This document shows, piece after piece, positions 61,990-64,000 of a stretch of 64,000 nt of DNA (position 1 is the stretch's first letter; every line of letters begins with the position of its first letter). The position numbers and the translations under genes are program-made. Source of the DNA: Candidatus Aenigmatarchaeota archaeon (GTDB taxonomy: Archaea > Aenigmatarchaeota > Aenigmatarchaeia > GW2011-AR5); assembly GCA_016180945.1 (NCBI GenBank), contig JACPAG010000003.1, positions 107,394-171,393 on the forward strand, written 5' to 3'. Under the pieces are notes generated by a model. The model had not been told where the DNA came from. It did no database searches and saw only the letters and a program-made list of their open reading frames with translations.

Positions 61990-62799
61990 ATGAAAATAAT
62001 AAAATTGAATTTCAAGAGGGTCAGCCTGCTGACAACACTTATAGGCCTGGTTATAATTTATTTTAATTTCACATACGTGCCCAGCTCGTCGCAGGTATTT
62101 TCCCTTATCAATCTCGCAGCAGGGGTAATAGTACTTGGCGTCCCCCTGATTTACAGGTATTCCCAGTATTCCAAAATAAAGACAATCGAGTCATTGTTCC
62201 CGCGTTTTCTGCGCGACATAACGGAAAATATAAATGCGGGCATGACGCTGCCCCAGGCTATCCGCACCTCGACAAACAACGAATACGGGATACTGACGCC
62301 TTACGTGAAGGAGATGAACGCAAAAATTTCCTGGGGCATATCTTTTGAGCGCGTGCTGTCGGATTTCGGAAAGAAAATGGGCAGCGACAGCCTGAACAGG
62401 ACTGTGCAGACAATCATAGAAGCCCATCGTTCCGGCGGCACGATGAACACCGTCCTTGAGGGGGTCGCCGATTCCTTGAAAGAGCTGGAAAAAATAAAGA
62501 AGGAAAGAAGCTCTTCGGTGTACGGCCAGATGATAAACGGCTACCTGATTTACATAGTCTTCCTGGGCGTCATGATAGGCTTGTCGACGTTCCTGATTCC
62601 GACATTCCGCTTTGAGGAAAGCGCCGCCGCCGACCTGCCTAAAGTCTTCCCGGAGCTGTTCCGTTCGCTGATAGTCATACAGGGCTTCTTCGCCGGCATG
62701 GCCGTCGGCAAGATGGCTGAAGGAACGCTTCTTGCCGGCGTGAAGCACTCGCTTGTTCTGGCCACGTTCGGGTATACCGCCTTCCTGTTTTTCGGGTAG
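61990..62799 (+). CDS. type II secretion system F-domain membrane protein (TadC/ArlJ-like, C-terminal half)
   Basis: FLRDITENINAGMTLPQAI...WGISFERVL is typical of T2SSF. Three or four TM spans. Confidence 0.7.
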   Translation: MKIIKLNFKRVSLLTTLIGLVIIYFNFTYVPSSSQVFSLINLAAGVIVLGVPLIYRYSQYSKIKTIESLFPRFLRDITENINAGMTLPQAIRTSTNNEYGILTPYVKEMNAKISWGISFERVLSDFGKKMGSDSLNRTVQTIIEAHRSGGTMNTVLEGVADSLKELEKIKKERSSSVYGQMINGYLIYIVFLGVMIGLSTFLIPTFRFEESAAADLPKVFPELFRSLIVIQGFFAGMAVGKMAEGTLLAGVKHSLVLATFGYTAFLFFG

Positions 62800-62848
62800 A
62801 GGGTATACTTAAATAGTTAGATATAATTAGATTATTATAGGCGATGTT

Positions 62849-63070
62849 ATGAAAGAGTTTGAGGCTAAACCAAAGAAATGGGGGAATTCGCTAGGCATAA
62901 CAATCCCGAAGGAGATTATAGAAAAGGAAGGCATCAAGGAAGGCAAAAATGTTAAGGTCTTCGTCATCGTAGAAAAGAAGAGCACGCTCAAAGAAATGTT
63001 TGGCTCCCTGAAAGGATGGAAAAAACCAACGCAAAAAATAATGAAAGAGATAGACGAAGGGTATGACTGA
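62849..63070 (+). CDS. AbrB/MazE/SpoVT-type antitoxin
   Basis: KKWGNSLGITIPKEIIEKEGIKEGKNVKVFV. Overlaps the downstream PIN gene by 8 nt. Confidence 0.75.
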   Translation: MKEFEAKPKKWGNSLGITIPKEIIEKEGIKEGKNVKVFVIVEKKSTLKEMFGSLKGWKKPTQKIMKEIDEGYD

Positions 63071-63431
63071 AACCTTTTTCTTTGATACCTATGCTTTTAT
63101 CGAAGTAATTAAGGGTAATGAAAATTACAAAAGATACAGTAATAGCAATCCCATAACTGCGATATTCAACATAAAAGAACTCTATTACATTCTGCTGAAA
63201 GACTTCGGAAAAGATATCGCCGATTTGCATGTGGATAAGTATGCTAATTTTGTGGTTGAGGCACCTCTCTGGGTAATAAAGAAGGCGATGGAATTCAAAT
63301 TACTCCATAAGAAGGAAAACTTAAGCTATACGGACTGCATAGGCTATATTCTGGCAATGAAAAGCGGAGTTAAGTTCCTCACAGGTGACAGCAAGTTCAA
63401 AGATAGGCAAAATGTAGAATTCGTCAGGTAG
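63063..63431 (+). CDS. vapC: PIN-domain toxin
   Basis: FFFDTYAFIEVIKGN ... YTDCIGYILAMKSGVKFLTGDSKF. Confidence 0.75.
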   Translation: MTETFFFDTYAFIEVIKGNENYKRYSNSNPITAIFNIKELYYILLKDFGKDIADLHVDKYANFVVEAPLWVIKKAMEFKLLHKKENLSYTDCIGYILAMKSGVKFLTGDSKFKDRQNVEFVR

Positions 63432-63433
63432 CC

Positions 63434-63655
63434 ATTTCTCTTTCTTGTAAATACCAGACCACAATACCTGAGGATGTAAGAAATTTTTTAGGTGTCGAAG
63501 CAGGCAAGGAGGTAGAGTGGGATATAGTTAAGGGTATCGTTATTGTAAGCACCTCGAGAAAAATTAAAAATCCGGTAAAGTTTCTTACTTCTCAGATTAA
63601 ACTCAATATCGATGCCGTTAAGCTGGTGAAAGAATCACGCGAGGACTTTAGATGA
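63434..63655 (+). CDS. AbrB/SpoVT-type antitoxin lacking a canonical start codon
   Basis: The frame open from 63407 reads ...AISLSCKYQTTIPEDVRNFLGVEAGKEVEWDIVKGIVIV.... There is no ATG/GTG/TTG upstream of the fold; ATT at 63434 is the nearest near-cognate codon. Stop overlaps the next PIN ATG (ATGA). Confidence 0.5.
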   Translation: MSLSCKYQTTIPEDVRNFLGVEAGKEVEWDIVKGIVIVSTSRKIKNPVKFLTSQIKLNIDAVKLVKESREDFR

Positions 63656-64000
63656 TTTATCTTGACACAAACGTGATAATTTATGCTATCGAAAATCATC
63701 CAAAATACGGGAAAAAATGCAAACAGATTATGGAAGATATAGAATCAGAGAAACTGAAGGCGCATTGTTCTGTTCTTGTATTGGCAGAAATGTTAAACGT
63801 TATGGAAAAGTTGAATAAGACCCTGAAGGGCCGGAAGGAAAAACCGCTTGACATGAAGAAAAATATTGATGCTCTTTTATCGCTGCCTATAGTATGGCTG
63901 GATTTGGGTTTTGCAGCCATCAAGAGGGCTTCCGAGTACAGCTACAATATTTCAGGAATAGACTATATCCATATAGCAACAATGGAATTGAATTCTGTCA
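63652..64000 (+). CDS. vapC: PIN-domain toxin (3' end beyond the window)
   Basis: MIYLDTNVIIYAIENHPKYG... is a PIN N-terminus. The ORF runs off the window end. Confidence 0.7.
   Translation, partial: MIYLDTNVIIYAIENHPKYGKKCKQIMEDIESEKLKAHCSVLVLAEMLNVMEKLNKTLKGRKEKPLDMKKNIDALLSLPIVWLDLGFAAIKRASEYSYNISGIDYIHIATMELNSV

Overview
This window looks like an archaeal chromosomal fragment. Supporting genes are GatA/GatB, a class I LysRS, ribosomal protein eS26, intron-containing archaeal-type tRNAs, a DapL-route lysine operon and type IV pilus/archaellum-like assembly genes. The lineage cannot be assigned from sequence alone. Layout: (1) 1-7.4 kb is housekeeping. (2) About 7.48-19.47 kb is a visibly AT-rich ~12 kb integrated element. 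It is bounded by an 18/19-nt direct repeat and has an intact tyrosine integrase at its right end. It carries AlbA_2, HTH/coiled-coil, PD-(D/E)xK-like and LamG proteins, two proteins with HEPN-type R-x-H motifs, and a class III nucleotidyl cyclase. (3) 19.8-38 kb is housekeeping: two tRNA-Leu, Nudix, GT2, methyltransferases, lysS, lrp-dapA-dapB-lysC-asd-dapL-dapF-lysA, hom plus a second AK-like gene, and an S2P protease. (4) 38-48 kb is a glycosylation cluster. (5) 44-64 kb is an accessory region with at least seven toxin-antitoxin pairs, two giant Cys-/Thr-Ser-rich surface proteins and the pilus genes. The most unusual signal is that host intergenic spacers are packed with modular, nested perfect-hairpin elements. 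One five-copy family has a fixed two-helix frame, compensatory base changes and hairpin-into-loop insertions. Other unusual points: all three tRNA genes carry introns at non-canonical positions, several cassettes are flanked by duplicated gene or tRNA 3' ends, and SD-containing leaders are tandemly duplicated. All protein calls rest on motif recognition by eye; no database search or folding program was run.
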